The position numbers and the translations under genes are program-made. Shown here piece by piece: positions 23,986 through 36,918 of a DNA stretch of 64,000 nt; within the stretch, counting starts at the first letter, position 1; each line of letters starts with the position of its first letter. Source of the stretch: an uncultured delta proteobacterium (GTDB lineage: Bacteria; Desulfobacterota; Syntrophia; Syntrophales; UBA5619); contig CAWFOM010000007.1 of the NCBI GenBank assembly GCA_963817385.1, positions 49,840 to 113,839 of the forward strand. The letters are read 5' to 3'. Under the pieces are notes generated by a model. That model saw nothing but the letters and a program-made list of their open reading frames with translations, was not told the DNA's origin and searched no databases.

Positions 23986-25287
23986 CTACTTCATCAGAAG
24001 ATTCGGCAGGAACAGGGCAAGTTGGGGAAATGCAAACAGCAGCGCGGCACAAACAACCAGGCTGATCAAAAAGGGATAGACCCCCTTATAGATGATGTTG
24101 AACGGCACTTTGGTGATGTTCTTGACGACGAACACATTCATCGCCACGGGAGGAATGACGACCCCGATCATCACCGTTATCGCGATGATGATGCCGAACC
24201 AGATGGGATCAAACCCAAGCTTCATGATGACCGGATAGAAAATCGGCGTGGCAAGGATCATGAAGGCCAGATCGTCGATGAAGGATCCCCCGGTCTGATA
24301 GATCAGACTGATGATAATCATGACGATGTACTTATTGAGAGAAAGTCCGATGACCCAATCGGCCGTGATCATGGGAATTTTTGTTACCGCGAGGAAATGA
24401 CCGAGGATGGTGGATCCGGCGATGAGCATGAGCACCATGCAGGCCGTTCTCAGCGATTCGGCAACCGACTTGACGAATCTCTTGAAATCCAGGTCCCTTC
24501 TGACAATGGAGAGGAGCAGGACCAAACCGGTTCCGACGCTTCCCGCCTCCGTCGGGGTAAAAAGCCCCTTCATCAATCCCACGATCATCATCAGGAAAAT
24601 CAAGACGACGAGGGCAATCTCCGGAAGGGAGGCCATCCTCTCCCGCCAGGATGATCGTTCCCCCTTTGGACCCAAGCGCGGGTTGATCTTGCACCAGCCA
24701 TAGATGATCGCAATAAAAAAGAAGGCGATAATCAACCCGGGGATGAGGCCGGCCAGAAACAACTTGCCGATCGAGAGACCGGTGATGATTCCGAAAACGA
24801 CCAGGGTAACGCTCGGGGGCATGAGAATCCCCAGCGTTCCGACGGAGGCGACGATTCCCGTAGAGAGTCTCTTGTCATAATGATATCGGTCCATCTCGGG
24901 GACGGCCACGCTGGCGAACGTGGCGGCCGTGGCGGGGGACGATCCGCAGATGGCCTTGAATGCCGTGGCGCCCACTACCGTCGCCATGGCCATTCCTCCG
25001 GGGATATGCCCGACGAATTTGTAGGAGGCGTTGTACAGCCGCTTGGCGATGCCCGCGTTAAAGGCGATCTGACCCATCAGGATAAACAAGGGGATGACGG
25101 TAAATCCGTATGAGGCAAAGACGTCGAAGATGTCTTTCGCCAGCAGGTTCATGGCGGCATGAGGGGAGATGATGATGCCGAATCCGATGAAACCGACCAG
25201 GGCCATGGCGAACCCGAGTTCTATCCCCGTGAGGAAAAGAAGCAACAGAGACGCCAGGCCGACAAGTCCGATAACTACCTCACTCAT
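23986..25287 (-). CDS. dctM: TRAP transporter large permease
   Basis: IPLFILMG, GTLGILMPPS, FTPTEAG, DPIWFG. Confidence 0.92.
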   Translation of the reverse strand: MSEVVIGLVGLASLLLLFLTGIELGFAMALVGFIGFGIIISPHAAMNLLAKDIFDVFASYGFTVIPLFILMGQIAFNAGIAKRLYNASYKFVGHIPGGMAMATVVGATAFKAICGSSPATAATFASVAVPEMDRYHYDKRLSTGIVASVGTLGILMPPSVTLVVFGIITGLSIGKLFLAGLIPGLIIAFFFIAIIYGWCKINPRLGPKGERSSWRERMASLPEIALVVLIFLMMIVGLMKGLFTPTEAGSVGTGLVLLLSIVRRDLDFKRFVKSVAESLRTACMVLMLIAGSTILGHFLAVTKIPMITADWVIGLSLNKYIVMIIISLIYQTGGSFIDDLAFMILATPIFYPVIMKLGFDPIWFGIIIAITVMIGVVIPPVAMNVFVVKNITKVPFNIIYKGVYPFLISLVVCAALLFAFPQLALFLPNLLMK

Positions 25288-25765
25288 CGTATCTCCCCTC
25301 GTGGATCTTCATGATATCGCCAACCATTACCAGACATTGGACAAAACAGCATATGCCGACACCGTACGCGACGGGATAAAATGGCATCTGAAGGGTGAGG
25401 GAAACCTCCCCCGACCTCTGGAGGTCCCATCCGAATTTGAACAGGTTCCACCCGATGAGAAAAAACAGGACGAAAACCACGCATCGCGTCGTTATGTTAT
25501 AGGCGTTTCGCACCCGTTGAGAAAACTTTGCGATGAGAAAATCGACGTAGATATGGGCCCGCGACAGCGCGGTCTGCGGCAGCGAAAACCCGATCACCAC
25601 TGCCCCTGAAAAAGCCACCAGCTCGTAGGTGCCGGGCAGCGGCTTGCTGAATCCCCTCAGGAGGACATCGATTATCGTGAGCAACATGAGAAAGATAAGG
25701 CTGGTCCCGGCGATGACATTCAGAAGCCTGCTTATCTCAGCAACGGTTTTCAAAAATCCATTCAT
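25280..25765 (-). CDS. dctQ: TRAP transporter small permease
   Basis: 4-TM protein with DVLLR and HIYVD motifs, between dctP and dctM. Confidence 0.88.
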   Translation of the reverse strand: MNGFLKTVAEISRLLNVIAGTSLIFLMLLTIIDVLLRGFSKPLPGTYELVAFSGAVVIGFSLPQTALSRAHIYVDFLIAKFSQRVRNAYNITTRCVVFVLFFLIGWNLFKFGWDLQRSGEVSLTLQMPFYPVAYGVGICCFVQCLVMVGDIMKIHEGRYDE

Positions 25766-25840
25766 GGATTCTCCTTGTGGCGCTCGTACCCGTGATAAAA
25801 AAGGGAGAGGGAGATGACAATCATCCCCCTCTCGTGTCCA

Positions 25841-26863
25841 CTATTGAAGGTTCTTTAACCGATCCATGCAGAACTTCAACGCCTGATCGCCGGGCAATCC
25901 TTTTGCTTTCATATTGTTTACATATTCATCCAGGAGGGGCCGGACTGTTCTTGCCCACCGCTCATTCTCCTCCTTGGTAAGCGATATGATCTTATTCCCC
26001 AGTTTAATGGTGGTCTCTCTGCCCGCCTTGTCGATGTCGTCCCAGCCCTTTCCCGACTTTTCGATCCACTCTTCATTTAACTTCTCGATGATCTTCTGGA
26101 TATCCGCAGGGAGAGAATTCCACTTATCCTTATTCATGACGACAAACATCCCCGTGGAATAGGAGGCCCCGAAGTCTTCCGTGGTAAACTTTACCACCTC
26201 TCCCCATTTCCAGGTATTCAACGATTCCTGTGGCGCCATGGAGGCATCGACGACGCCCCTGCTCAAGGCATCATAGGTCTCTCCCATGGGCATGGCCACC
26301 GGGGTTCCCCCCAGGGCGGAGACGATTTTTGTCGCCAGGCCGGTGCAGCGGACCTTCATCCCTTTGAGGTCCTCGATCTTGTTGACGGCCGTTTTGCTGT
26401 GGAGAAGGCCGGGGCCGTGAGCATGGAGAAACATGACCTTCACGCCGTCCAGCTCCTTCGGTTTGAATTTCTGGTAATAGTCATTGATCAACCGGGTAGC
26501 CGCCAAGCCGCTCTTAATACCCAGGGGCAGGTCGATGACCTCCGTCAAGGGGAACTTCCCCCGCGTATAGGCAAATACCGACATGCCCAGATCGGAGATC
26601 CCTTTTTCGACCCCGTCATAACATTTGTCGGCAGGAGTCAACGTTCCGCCCGGGAGGACGTCCACCTTGACCCTCCCGTTGGTCCTCTTTTCCAATTCCT
26701 TGCCCCATTCGACTGCCAATACGCTGTGGATATGGGGAGCGGGGAAAAAGACCGAATAGTTCAATTTGATCGGCGTCTGCCCCGATGCCAAAGATGCGAA
26801 AAAGGGAAGCCCAATCAAGGAAAGACCCGTGATGAAAAAAAGTGATCGCCATTTCTTACTCAT
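25841..26863 (-). CDS. dctP: TRAP transporter substrate-binding protein
   Basis: Signal peptide, RTNGRVKV, DLKGMKVR, YDALSRGVVD. Confidence 0.92.
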   Translation of the reverse strand: MSKKWRSLFFITGLSLIGLPFFASLASGQTPIKLNYSVFFPAPHIHSVLAVEWGKELEKRTNGRVKVDVLPGGTLTPADKCYDGVEKGISDLGMSVFAYTRGKFPLTEVIDLPLGIKSGLAATRLINDYYQKFKPKELDGVKVMFLHAHGPGLLHSKTAVNKIEDLKGMKVRCTGLATKIVSALGGTPVAMPMGETYDALSRGVVDASMAPQESLNTWKWGEVVKFTTEDFGASYSTGMFVVMNKDKWNSLPADIQKIIEKLNEEWIEKSGKGWDDIDKAGRETTIKLGNKIISLTKEENERWARTVRPLLDEYVNNMKAKGLPGDQALKFCMDRLKNLQ

Positions 26864-26991
26864 GTTAATCCTCCTTTTTTATATAGTAGTTGACATACAA
26901 CATGGTACGGATCTCCTCCCTCCCGGAGGCATCAAATGCTCCTGCGGTTCGTAAAAAAATTAAATGGGGCTTACAATGAGTTTTGTGGGGA

Positions 26992-27029
26992 ATGCCTGCT
27001 TACCTGTCATCCGGACAGGCAGCAGGCAT
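26992..27029. other. Intergenic stem-loop
   Basis: ATGCCTGCT..CCTGTC-loop-GACAGG.AGCAGGCAT. Confidence 0.5.
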
Positions 27030-27152
27030 CAATACATATAGGGATACAAGCAGGTGCGGGTAACGGATACTGTACCGGAGCATATCTGCATCGTTAATCA
27101 TCCTGTCCGTCAAGTCAATTTGACGACGTCCTATTTGATTTTCACCGGTATG

Positions 27153-27452
27153 TCAAGGGGTATTTTTCGCCTGTTCCTTCAATTTTTCGATTTCTTCCCG
27201 GTACTGCTCCGACTGAGCCCTGACCTGCTCAATCTCTTCACGGGCTTTTTCCAGTTTCTCATCCTGCTTTTGCCGTTCCTCTCGCATCTTGTCCTGGATG
27301 GCGTCCATACCGACGTAGACGGCAAGAATACCGCCGAGGATCAAGATGATCGGAATGCCGCCCTTCAGGATGATGATGAAGTCACTCCACCATAAGGAGA
27401 AACCGATAACGCCAAAGATCACTGATACGATGCCGCCGATAAGCAATGACAT
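27153..27452 (-). CDS. Small 2-TM membrane protein with coiled-coil tail (MamI-like N-terminus)
   Basis: Two hydrophobic helices around WW..F...LKGGIP, then E/K/Q-rich tail; AGGAGG SD. Confidence 0.75.
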   Translation of the reverse strand: MSLLIGGIVSVIFGVIGFSLWWSDFIIILKGGIPIILILGGILAVYVGMDAIQDKMREERQKQDEKLEKAREEIEQVRAQSEQYREEIEKLKEQAKNTP

Positions 27453-27730
27453 CACCGAACCTCCTGACCGTCCGGCGTCTACCGCGGGTCAATTGCCCCG
27501 CGACCCCCTCAGGGGAAACGCCTCTCCATGAGTTAACCTTCAGAACGCAAATTCCGTTGCGGGTTTTTTACCATATCCGGATGGATTAGGCAAGCTGAAA
27601 GTCCGTCGGGTGCGCAAGGAAAAAGTGCTTGATTAATGCCGTTTCTTCAATTATCATTCCGCACTTGTCTGCTGGTTTCTTGAGCCGGCGGTACGTGCAA
27701 AAAGAAACCAGACGAACAGTGGGGAGTGTC

Positions 27731-28105
27731 ATGATAGAACCGAATTTCGATAAAGGGGAAGGACTGGTCCCCGCCGTGGTCCAGGACCATGATTCCGGAG
27801 AGGTCCTCATGCTGGCCTACATGAACCGGGAGGCATGGCTCAAAACGCTCGAGACCGGGAAGGCCACCTTCTGGAGCCGGTCCCGGCAGAGCCTGTGGCT
27901 GAAAGGGGAGACATCGGGCCATGTGCAGTTGGTCCGGGAGGTCAGACTGGACTGCGACGAGGACACCGTCCTGTTGAAGGTAAAGCAGGTGGGCGATGCG
28001 GCCTGTCACACCGGTCACCGTTCATGTTTCCATCGGAAATGGGCCGACGGAGATTTTGTTACGGTCGGGGAACGGGTATTTGATCCGAAGGATGTTTACC
28101 GATGA
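27731..28105 (+). CDS. hisI: Phosphoribosyl-AMP cyclohydrolase
   Basis: [30 protein letters not shown]. Confidence 0.95.
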   Translation: MIEPNFDKGEGLVPAVVQDHDSGEVLMLAYMNREAWLKTLETGKATFWSRSRQSLWLKGETSGHVQLVREVRLDCDEDTVLLKVKQVGDAACHTGHRSCFHRKWADGDFVTVGERVFDPKDVYR

Positions 28106-28974
28106 ATAAACTGAAACTGGGGATTCCCAAGGGAAGCCTGGAAGCCAATACGGTGGATCTGTTCAAGAGGGCGGGCTGGCATATCACCTATGACAGCCGA
28201 AGTTACTTTCCCGATATCGATGATGAGGAGATCTCCTGCACCCTGGTCCGCGCGCAGGAGATGTCTCGCTATGTGGATGACGGCACGCTCGATTTGGGTC
28301 TCACCGGTCAGGACTGGATCATCGAAAATGAATCGGATGTCGTGGCCGTCCAGGATCTGATCTATTCCAAGACGTCGATGAGGCAGGCCCGATGGGTCCT
28401 CGTCGTCCGTGATGATTCTCCCATCCGGTCGATCGAGGAATTGGAAGGGAAGAAGGTTTCGACGGAACTGGTCAACTTCACCCGGCGTTATTTCGCCAAG
28501 CGCAACATCAACGTCCATATCGAATTTTCCTGGGGGGCGACCGAGGCCAAGGTGGTCGAAGGGCTGGTGGACGCCATCGTGGAGGTGACGGAGACGGGAA
28601 GCACCATCCGGGCCAATAAGCTCAAGATCATCGAAGAATTGATGAAGACCAATACCCAGTTGATCGCCAATCACGGGGCATGGGCGGATCCCTGGAAGAG
28701 GCAGAAGATAGAGCAGATCAGGATGCTGCTCAACGGATCGCTGCAGGCCATGGGAAAAGTGGGGCTGAAGATGAATGTCTCCCGGGAGAATCTGGACCGG
28801 GTGGTACTCCTTCTGCCCTCGCTCAAAGCGCCGACGATCTCTCACCTCCATTCTGGTGACTGGCTTGCCGTGGAAACCATCGTGAGCGGGAACGTCGTCC
28901 GGGATCTGATCCCCCTGCTCAAGGAAGGGGGGGCCGAAGGGATCATCGAGTACCCTCTGAACAAAGTGATCTAA
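28102..28974 (+). CDS. hisG: ATP phosphoribosyltransferase (long form)
   Basis: [32 protein letters not shown]-terminal regulatory domain. Confidence 0.95.
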   Translation: MNKLKLGIPKGSLEANTVDLFKRAGWHITYDSRSYFPDIDDEEISCTLVRAQEMSRYVDDGTLDLGLTGQDWIIENESDVVAVQDLIYSKTSMRQARWVLVVRDDSPIRSIEELEGKKVSTELVNFTRRYFAKRNINVHIEFSWGATEAKVVEGLVDAIVEVTETGSTIRANKLKIIEELMKTNTQLIANHGAWADPWKRQKIEQIRMLLNGSLQAMGKVGLKMNVSRENLDRVVLLLPSLKAPTISHLHSGDWLAVETIVSGNVVRDLIPLLKEGGAEGIIEYPLNKVI

Positions 28975-28997
28975 CGTGATCTGAAGGAGGCTTGGGT

Positions 28998-29588
28998 ATG
29001 CGGAAAGGAACGATCCAGAGAAAGACCACGGAAACGGACGTTTCGGTGGAGGTCAACCTGGATGGGAACGGGGCGGGATGCATCGACACCGAGGTTCCCT
29101 TTCTCGATCACATGCTGAACCTTTTCGCCCGGCACGGCCTCATCGATCTCACCATCCGGAGCAAGGGCGACACTGCGGTGGATGATCATCATCTTGTGGA
29201 GGATATCGGGATCTGCCTGGGGAAGGCCGTCAAAAAGGCACTGGGTGATCGGAAAGGGATCAGCCGGTATGGTTCGGCGGTAGTTCCGATGGATGAGAGC
29301 CTCTGCTCTGTGGCGATGGATCTCTCCGGCAGGCCGTATCTGATCTGGCGCGCCGATCTCGGGGCGCAGAGGATCGGGGAGTTCGATCCGGCCCTTCTTC
29401 GGGAATTTTTCAAGTCATTTTCAGATCATAGTGGAATCACCTTGCACATCAACCTCATCTATGGTACAAATGGCCATCATATGGCGGAGGCGATATTCAA
29501 GGCTTTCGCCCGCGCCTTTCGCGAGGCGATTGCGATGGACGGACGGGTTGAGGGGGTCCTCTCGACAAAAGGTTCCCTGGAAACTTGA
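28998..29588 (+). CDS. hisB: Imidazoleglycerol-phosphate dehydratase
   Basis: FLDHML, DDHHLVEDIG, PMDE, NGHHMAEAIFK, STKG. Confidence 0.96.
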   Translation: MRKGTIQRKTTETDVSVEVNLDGNGAGCIDTEVPFLDHMLNLFARHGLIDLTIRSKGDTAVDDHHLVEDIGICLGKAVKKALGDRKGISRYGSAVVPMDESLCSVAMDLSGRPYLIWRADLGAQRIGEFDPALLREFFKSFSDHSGITLHINLIYGTNGHHMAEAIFKAFARAFREAIAMDGRVEGVLSTKGSLET

Positions 29589-29692
29589 AGGCCGGGAGAA
29601 GCGTCGAAGGATCATGGTGCAGCAATTGAGATCGGCGAGACGTGTGCCATCTTCCCGGGCGGAGAGGGACCTGCCGCCTCAGGATAAGGGGG

Positions 29693-30400
29693 TTGATCGT
29701 CATCAAGAAGTTATCCTGTTTCCGCAAGGGTCTCACCGGCCTTTTTCCCCTCTGTCTCATTCTTCCCATGGTCATGGGCTGTCATTATCGCGGGGATTCG
29801 GGTATTCCCCTTCCGGAGGGGAAGATCGTCTTCGAGTCGGTTGTCGTAGTGCCCTTTCAGCAGGTTGCTCCCGATGAGGCGATGAGCGGAGCCGTTCGCT
29901 GTCCCCTCTGCGGGATGATCGTCAATGCCAAGGAATCCCCGGGAAGTCCGGAAACGATCGTGGAGTCGGTTTTTCTCGAACAATTAGACAAAAAGAGACC
30001 GAAATTCAGTGTTATTGCGGGGGAGCGGGTTGCCGGGGTCTTCCGACGGATCTCCACGGATTCCCTCACGGCTCCCCTCCGCCAGGTACTGCGGGATGTG
30101 GGGAGCGAACTGGGAGCCGAAGGCGTCGTGACCGGATACGTCTACCGTTTCCGGGAGAGGAAGGGAGTCTCCTATGCCGTAGAACAGCCGGCAGCGGTCG
30201 CTTTCGATATTCATCTGCTGCGGGTCAGCGACGGGGTGCTTGTCTGGCGGGGCACCTTTGACAAGGAGCAGAGTTCGTTGATGGAGGATCTGCTTCAATT
30301 TGCCTCGTTTTTTCGGGGGAAGGGGAAGTGGCTCACGGCACGGGAGCTAACGGGGGAGGGGATAGAACAACTCCTCAACACCTTTCCCGGCCTGCCGTAG
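29693..30400 (+). CDS. Hypothetical lipoprotein
   Basis: Hydrophobic N-terminus ending VMGC; CPLC motif; start uncertain. Confidence 0.65.
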   Translation: MIVIKKLSCFRKGLTGLFPLCLILPMVMGCHYRGDSGIPLPEGKIVFESVVVVPFQQVAPDEAMSGAVRCPLCGMIVNAKESPGSPETIVESVFLEQLDKKRPKFSVIAGERVAGVFRRISTDSLTAPLRQVLRDVGSELGAEGVVTGYVYRFRERKGVSYAVEQPAAVAFDIHLLRVSDGVLVWRGTFDKEQSSLMEDLLQFASFFRGKGKWLTARELTGEGIEQLLNTFPGLP

Positions 30401-30483
30401 CTTCACCCCAAGCTGCTGAGTGAGGCCCGCTTCGGAATTTCCCTGACGATGGAGATTCCTTTATTTTTTCGAGGAGTCCCTTC

Positions 30484-31252
30484 ATGATTGTCATTCCTGC
30501 TATTGATCTGAAAGAAGGCCGGTGTGTGCGACTCGTCCAGGGAGATTTCGGACGGGCGACCGTATACGCCGACGATCCGGCGGCAATGGCCCTAGTCTGG
30601 AAGGAGAGGGGCGCCGAGCGGCTGCATGTGGTCGATCTGGACGGTTCTCTCGAGGGTGTTCCCCGGCATGAAGCGGTAATCCGCGACATCGTGAAGGCGA
30701 CGGGGTTGCCGATTCAGGTCGGGGGCGGTATCCGGGAGATGCAAACGGTGGAGACCTATCTCCGGATGGGGGTCCGATGGGTGATCCTCGGTACGGCCGC
30801 CCTCAAGGACCCGGGATTTGTCCGAACGGCCTGCCGGACGTTTCCGGATCAGGTGATCCTCGGCATCGACGCGGTCGGCGGACGACTCGCCGTCCAGGGA
30901 TGGACGGAAACGACCGGGGAAACCGCTGTGGATCTGGCACGCCGGTTCGCCGAAGACCGGCCCGCTGCCTTGGTTTATACGGATATCATGCGGGACGGTA
31001 TGGAAACCGGGGTCAATATCGAGAGCACCCGGGAACTGGCCGAATCGGCCGGTATTCCGGTGATTGCTTCCGGAGGGGTGTCGGGGATTCGAAGATATTG
31101 AACGGCTTATGACCATTGAGGCAAAGGGTGTTTTCGGGGTGATCGTGGGAAAGGCCCTCTATACGGGAGCTCTTTCCCTCGATGAGGCGATTGTCTGCAC
31201 AAAAGGGCGCCGGAAAAGCGGCGTCGCTTCGGGAAAACGGGCGGAGATCTGA
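30484..31252 (+). CDS. hisA: ProFAR isomerase HisA (frameshift near 31090)
   Basis: IPAIDLKEGRCVRL, LHVVDLDG, QVGGGIR, IASGGV; GVIVGKALY in second frame. Confidence 0.93.
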
Positions 31253-31296
31253 ACCGGATGAGTCCCGGATCAGCCAAGGATGAAGGAGGTGGGCGC

Positions 31297-31641
31297 ATGG
31301 AGGAGTGCATATTCTGTAAGATTGCATCCGGCGCGATTCCCAGCCGGAAGGTGTATGAAAATGAGAGTGTCCTGGCCTTTGAAGACATTCATCCCATGGC
31401 CCCGATCCACATCATCATCATTCCCAAACGCCATGTGGCCACGCTCATGGATGTCGATGCGGAGGGGATGGCGGATCTCCAGGCCATGATGGCTGCTGCG
31501 CAGGAGGTGGCCCGGATTAAAAAAGTCGACCAAAGGGGTTTCCGGGTGGTGATCAACTGCAACAGAGAGGGAGGGCAGGTCGTTTTTCATCTCCATATGC
31601 ATCTACTGGGCGGTTTAAAGCTCAAAGACGGTCTGGCCTGA
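31297..31641 (+). CDS. Histidine triad (HIT) nucleotide-binding protein
   Basis: CIFCKI, GQVVFHLHMHLLGG. Confidence 0.93.
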   Translation: MEECIFCKIASGAIPSRKVYENESVLAFEDIHPMAPIHIIIIPKRHVATLMDVDAEGMADLQAMMAAAQEVARIKKVDQRGFRVVINCNREGGQVVFHLHMHLLGGLKLKDGLA

Positions 31642-31708
31642 CGAAGGAAGGAGTGCAGCCCATTGACAAAACGTAAAGATGTCCTAAGTTAAAAAAAGTG
31701 AGGAAGCA

Positions 31709-32155
31709 ATGAAGTTCAAAGAAAAAGTGGAGCAGGAGTTGATCCGGGCGGCCAAGGCGAAGGAGAAGATCCGATTATCGGCCCTCCGGATGCTCAAGAG
31801 CGGTCTGCATAACCGGGAAATCGATCTGAGACGTGAACTCACCGAGGCCGAATTCCTCCAGCTCCTCTCTTCCATGGTCAAACAGAGGAAGGATTCGATC
31901 GAACAATTCGAGAAGGGCGGCAGGGTTGATCTCGTGGAGAAGGAACAGGCGGAACTGAAGGTGATCGAAGAGTTCCTGCCGGCGCAGCTTTCCGAGGGTG
32001 AGATCGACGCCATGATCGGGGAGGCCATCCGCGAGTCCGGCGCCTCGGGCGCCCGGGATATGGGGAAGGTCATGAAGATCCTGATGCCGAAGCTGACCGG
32101 CAAGGCGGACGGCAAGGCGGTTGGCGAAAAGGTCAAAGCCCTCTTGTCGGCATAA
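31709..32155 (+). CDS. yqeY: GatB/YqeY domain protein
   Basis: KQRKDSIEQF, FLPAQLS, DMGKVM, ADGK. Confidence 0.92.
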   Translation: MKFKEKVEQELIRAAKAKEKIRLSALRMLKSGLHNREIDLRRELTEAEFLQLLSSMVKQRKDSIEQFEKGGRVDLVEKEQAELKVIEEFLPAQLSEGEIDAMIGEAIRESGASGARDMGKVMKILMPKLTGKADGKAVGEKVKALLSA

Positions 32156-32167
32156 GGGGAAGGGGAT

Positions 32168-33950
32168 TTGAAGGGGTCGATTCCCGATGACAAGATTGAG
32201 GAGATCCGCAGAAGGGCCGATATCGCTTCTGTGATCGGGGAGTATGTCATCCTGAAGAAGGCGGGGAAGAATTTTCTCGGTCTCTGTCCCTTTCATCACG
32301 AGAAGACGCCCTCCTTCACGGTCAGCCCCGACAAGCAGATGTTCTACTGCTTCGGTTGCAGCGAGGGGGGAAATGTCTTTTCCTTCCTGATGAAGCTCAA
32401 CAACCTGACCTTTCCCGAGGCGGTCCGGCAACTGGCGGGCAAGGTGGGGGTCGTAATTCCCGAAAAGACGATGAGCCGCGAGGAGAGGGAACGGTACACC
32501 CTTGCGGAGCAGATCCGACGGGTCAATGAACTTGCCGCCGACTTCTATGCAAAGGCGCTCCTTTCGCCGACCGGGGCGGGTGCCCGGGAGTACCTCGGGA
32601 AGCGGGGAGTCGGCGAGACGGCGATCCAGGCGTTCCGCCTCGGTCTGGCCCCGGAGGGGTGGTCCGGTCTCCTCGATTATCTGGAGAAGAGGGGCGTTGC
32701 TCCCGGACTGGCGGAGCAGGCCGGCCTTGTTATCCCCCGGACGGGGCCCGCAAAGGGGCATTATGACCGGTTCCGGGGGAGGTTGATGATCCCCATCGAG
32801 GACGTCGATGGCCATGTGATCGCGTTCGGAGGCCGGGTGATGGGTGCGGGTGAGCCGAAATACATGAACTCCCCCGAGTCGCCGGTTTATACCAAGGGAA
32901 ACAACCTCTACGGACTGGCCAGGACGCGCGAGGCCGTCCGCGAGAAGGATTTCGCCATTCTGGTCGAGGGGTACTTCGATCTGATCGCCCTGTGGAATGC
33001 CGGGATTACGAACGTGGTGGCAACGCTGGGGACGGCCCTGACGCGCGCACAGGTCGATCTGCTGAGGCGTTATACGCCCCGTGTGGTTGCCGTTTTCGAT
33101 CCCGATGAGGCGGGGAGGAAGGCCCTGGCCCGGAGCCTCGAGCTCTTTCTGGCCGGGAATGTCCATGCCAAGGCGGTGATCCTGCCCGATGGGCACGACC
33201 CGGACACGTTTGTCAGGACCCGGGGACGCGGGCAGATGGATGAACTTCTGGCCCAGGCCTGGCCGATGGCCGATTATTACATCGAGAAGATCCTGGGCGG
33301 GCGCGGGACACTGGAGGAGGACCGGGACAAACTGAGGGAGGCCGTCGCTTTCATCAGTCGCCTGGATGATGCCGTCGACAGGAATCTATTCGTCAAGAAG
33401 GTGGCGGAACAACTGCATGTCGATGAGGAGGTCCTGAAGAGCGAGGTCAGGCGCGGTCTTTCCCATGCCCCAGCGGCCCCGGACCTTCCGACGCGGCGGA
33501 AGGCCCCTTCAGAGCTGGATCCGCTGGAGCTGAGCCTGGTCCGGATGATGCTTGAATATCCGGCGAGGCTCTCGGTCGTTCGGGAATCGGGGGTTCTCGA
33601 CTGTTTCCGGACCGAGGCATTGAAGACCCTCGGAGAGGCCCTTCTGGACATGGAGAGGCAGGGGAAGGCGATGGGGGACATCACCTCCCTGATAGGCGCA
33701 CTGACAGACGGTCCGTTCAGGGAGAGGCTCCTGGCGCTCCTGGTGCAGGAGAGCCCCTATTTTGAGGAGATGATCGATCGGCAACTGGCCGATGCGATCC
33801 GGAAGATCCGGAAGAGGTCGAGTCAAGGAGAAGGGAAGGATCCTGACACAGAGGATTAGAGAGGCCGAGAAGGCCAAAGACCAGGAATTGTACGACCGTC
33901 TCATGGCAGAGAAAAATAGGCTTCTCCAGCAAGAAAAGGGGCTGGCTTGA
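32168..33950 (+). CDS. dnaG: DNA primase (frameshift near 33830)
   Basis: CPFH...CFGC Zn finger, FGGR, KYMNSPE, VEGYFD, DPD; helical C-terminus ends at TGA 33948-33950 in the shifted frame. Confidence 0.95.
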
Positions 33951-34031
33951 TCATTTGTCCGATTTTGATAAACCGTCACCGGAGCAAGCCGGCTGACGGA
34001 TCCATATAACAGGCTACCGGGAGAAACCGAT

Positions 34032-35783
<1,752 letters not shown>

Positions 35784-35857
35784 AATATTGACAAGCGCGG
35801 CAGATGAGTATTATAAAACCCCATTAAGAAAAAAATGGACTCATCCTGTGAAAAGCA

Positions 35858-35933
35858 GGGCCCATAGCTCAATTGGTAGAGCCACCGGCTCATAACCGGT
35901 CGGTCCCTGGTTCGAATCCAGGTGGGCCCACCA
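35858..35933 (+). tRNA. tRNA with CAT anticodon, probably tRNA-Ile2 (lysidine)
   Basis: GGGCCCATAGCTCAATTGGTAGAGC...CTCATAA...GGTTCGAATCC...GGGCCCACCA; paired 1:72; position after rpoD; Ile2 vs Met is inferred. Confidence 0.9.
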
Positions 35934-36024
35934 GTATGAAGGGGAAAGGAAACTTTGGCGCGTGAGGTGCGGATCATCGTTCACAGGAAAAGGGCAATCA
36001 AGTGGGGAAAAAGACGACTCCCTG

Positions 36025-36056
36025 AAAATGCACCAGAGGCTGGTGCATTTTTTTTT
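36025..36056 (+). terminator. Rho-independent terminator
   Basis: AAAATGCACCAG-AGG-CTGGTGCATTTT plus T run. Confidence 0.8.
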
Positions 36057-36095
36057 GACGGGACTCCCCGGTAAATTCTTTAACATGAAAGGGGG

Positions 36096-36823
36096 ATGCG
36101 CTTGAGAGAGCAGTTGGCACTCCTGATTGAGCTGCAGAAGATGGAGTCTGCGGCGGGGAGGATTACCGCGCGGAAGAAGGCTCTTCCGATCCAGATGGAA
36201 GCGCTGGAGACGGAATTCAGCGCATGTTGCGCGGTTGTGGAGACGGAACGGGAGCAGCTGGAAAGCCTGAGAAAAAGCCGGCGGGAAAAGGACAGCCAGC
36301 TCCAGGCGGGGCAGGAGACCCTGAAGAGGACCCGCGAGAGGCTCTTTGAGGTCAAGACGAACAAGGAATATCAGTCGATTCTGAAGGAGATCGAGACCCT
36401 CGAGGCAAAAAACAGCCGAATGGAGGACGAGATCATCTCCCTTCTCGATGAACTCGACGCTCTTGAAACCGCGGTGAAAACGAAAGAAGACTGAACTGAA
36501 TGTCAGTCGCAGCCGCTATGAGGAACAAAGGACGAAGTTGGCGGAGGAACTCAGCTCCATTGCCGAGGAGCTTGCCGTCTGCGTCCGGAAAAGCGATGCA
36601 CTCAAGAAGAAGATTCCTGCCGATATCCTCCGGAAATACGAACAGATCAAGGGCGTCGGGCGCGGTCGTTGCCGTGGTGCCGGTCTGGAAGGAGGTCTGC
36701 GACGGATGCCATATGTCCATTCCTCCCCAGTTGTATAACGAATTGCAGAAGTCGGCTCTCCTGATCACCTGTCCGAACTGCAACCGGATCATCTACTGGG
36801 AGAACAGGAACGGCGGCCAGTGA
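36096..36823 (+). CDS. Coiled-coil C4-type zinc-ribbon protein (DUF164-like), frameshifted
   Basis: VKTNKEYQ coiled coil; CDGCHM...CPNCNRI; split over frames near 36490 and 36665. Confidence 0.85.
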
Positions 36824-36918
36824 TAAGCGGGCAACGTACCGCCGGGGAGTTTTCGACGACTCCGGGAGGCAGAAATCGGCGAAGGCCGGAAATCCAGGAG
36901 GGAAAAGACGAGGTGTTG

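Noticed and set aside
36490..36496. TGA in the zinc-ribbon gene as possible Sec
   Set aside because: The coding sequence continues in a different frame and the context is coiled coil, so this is an indel.
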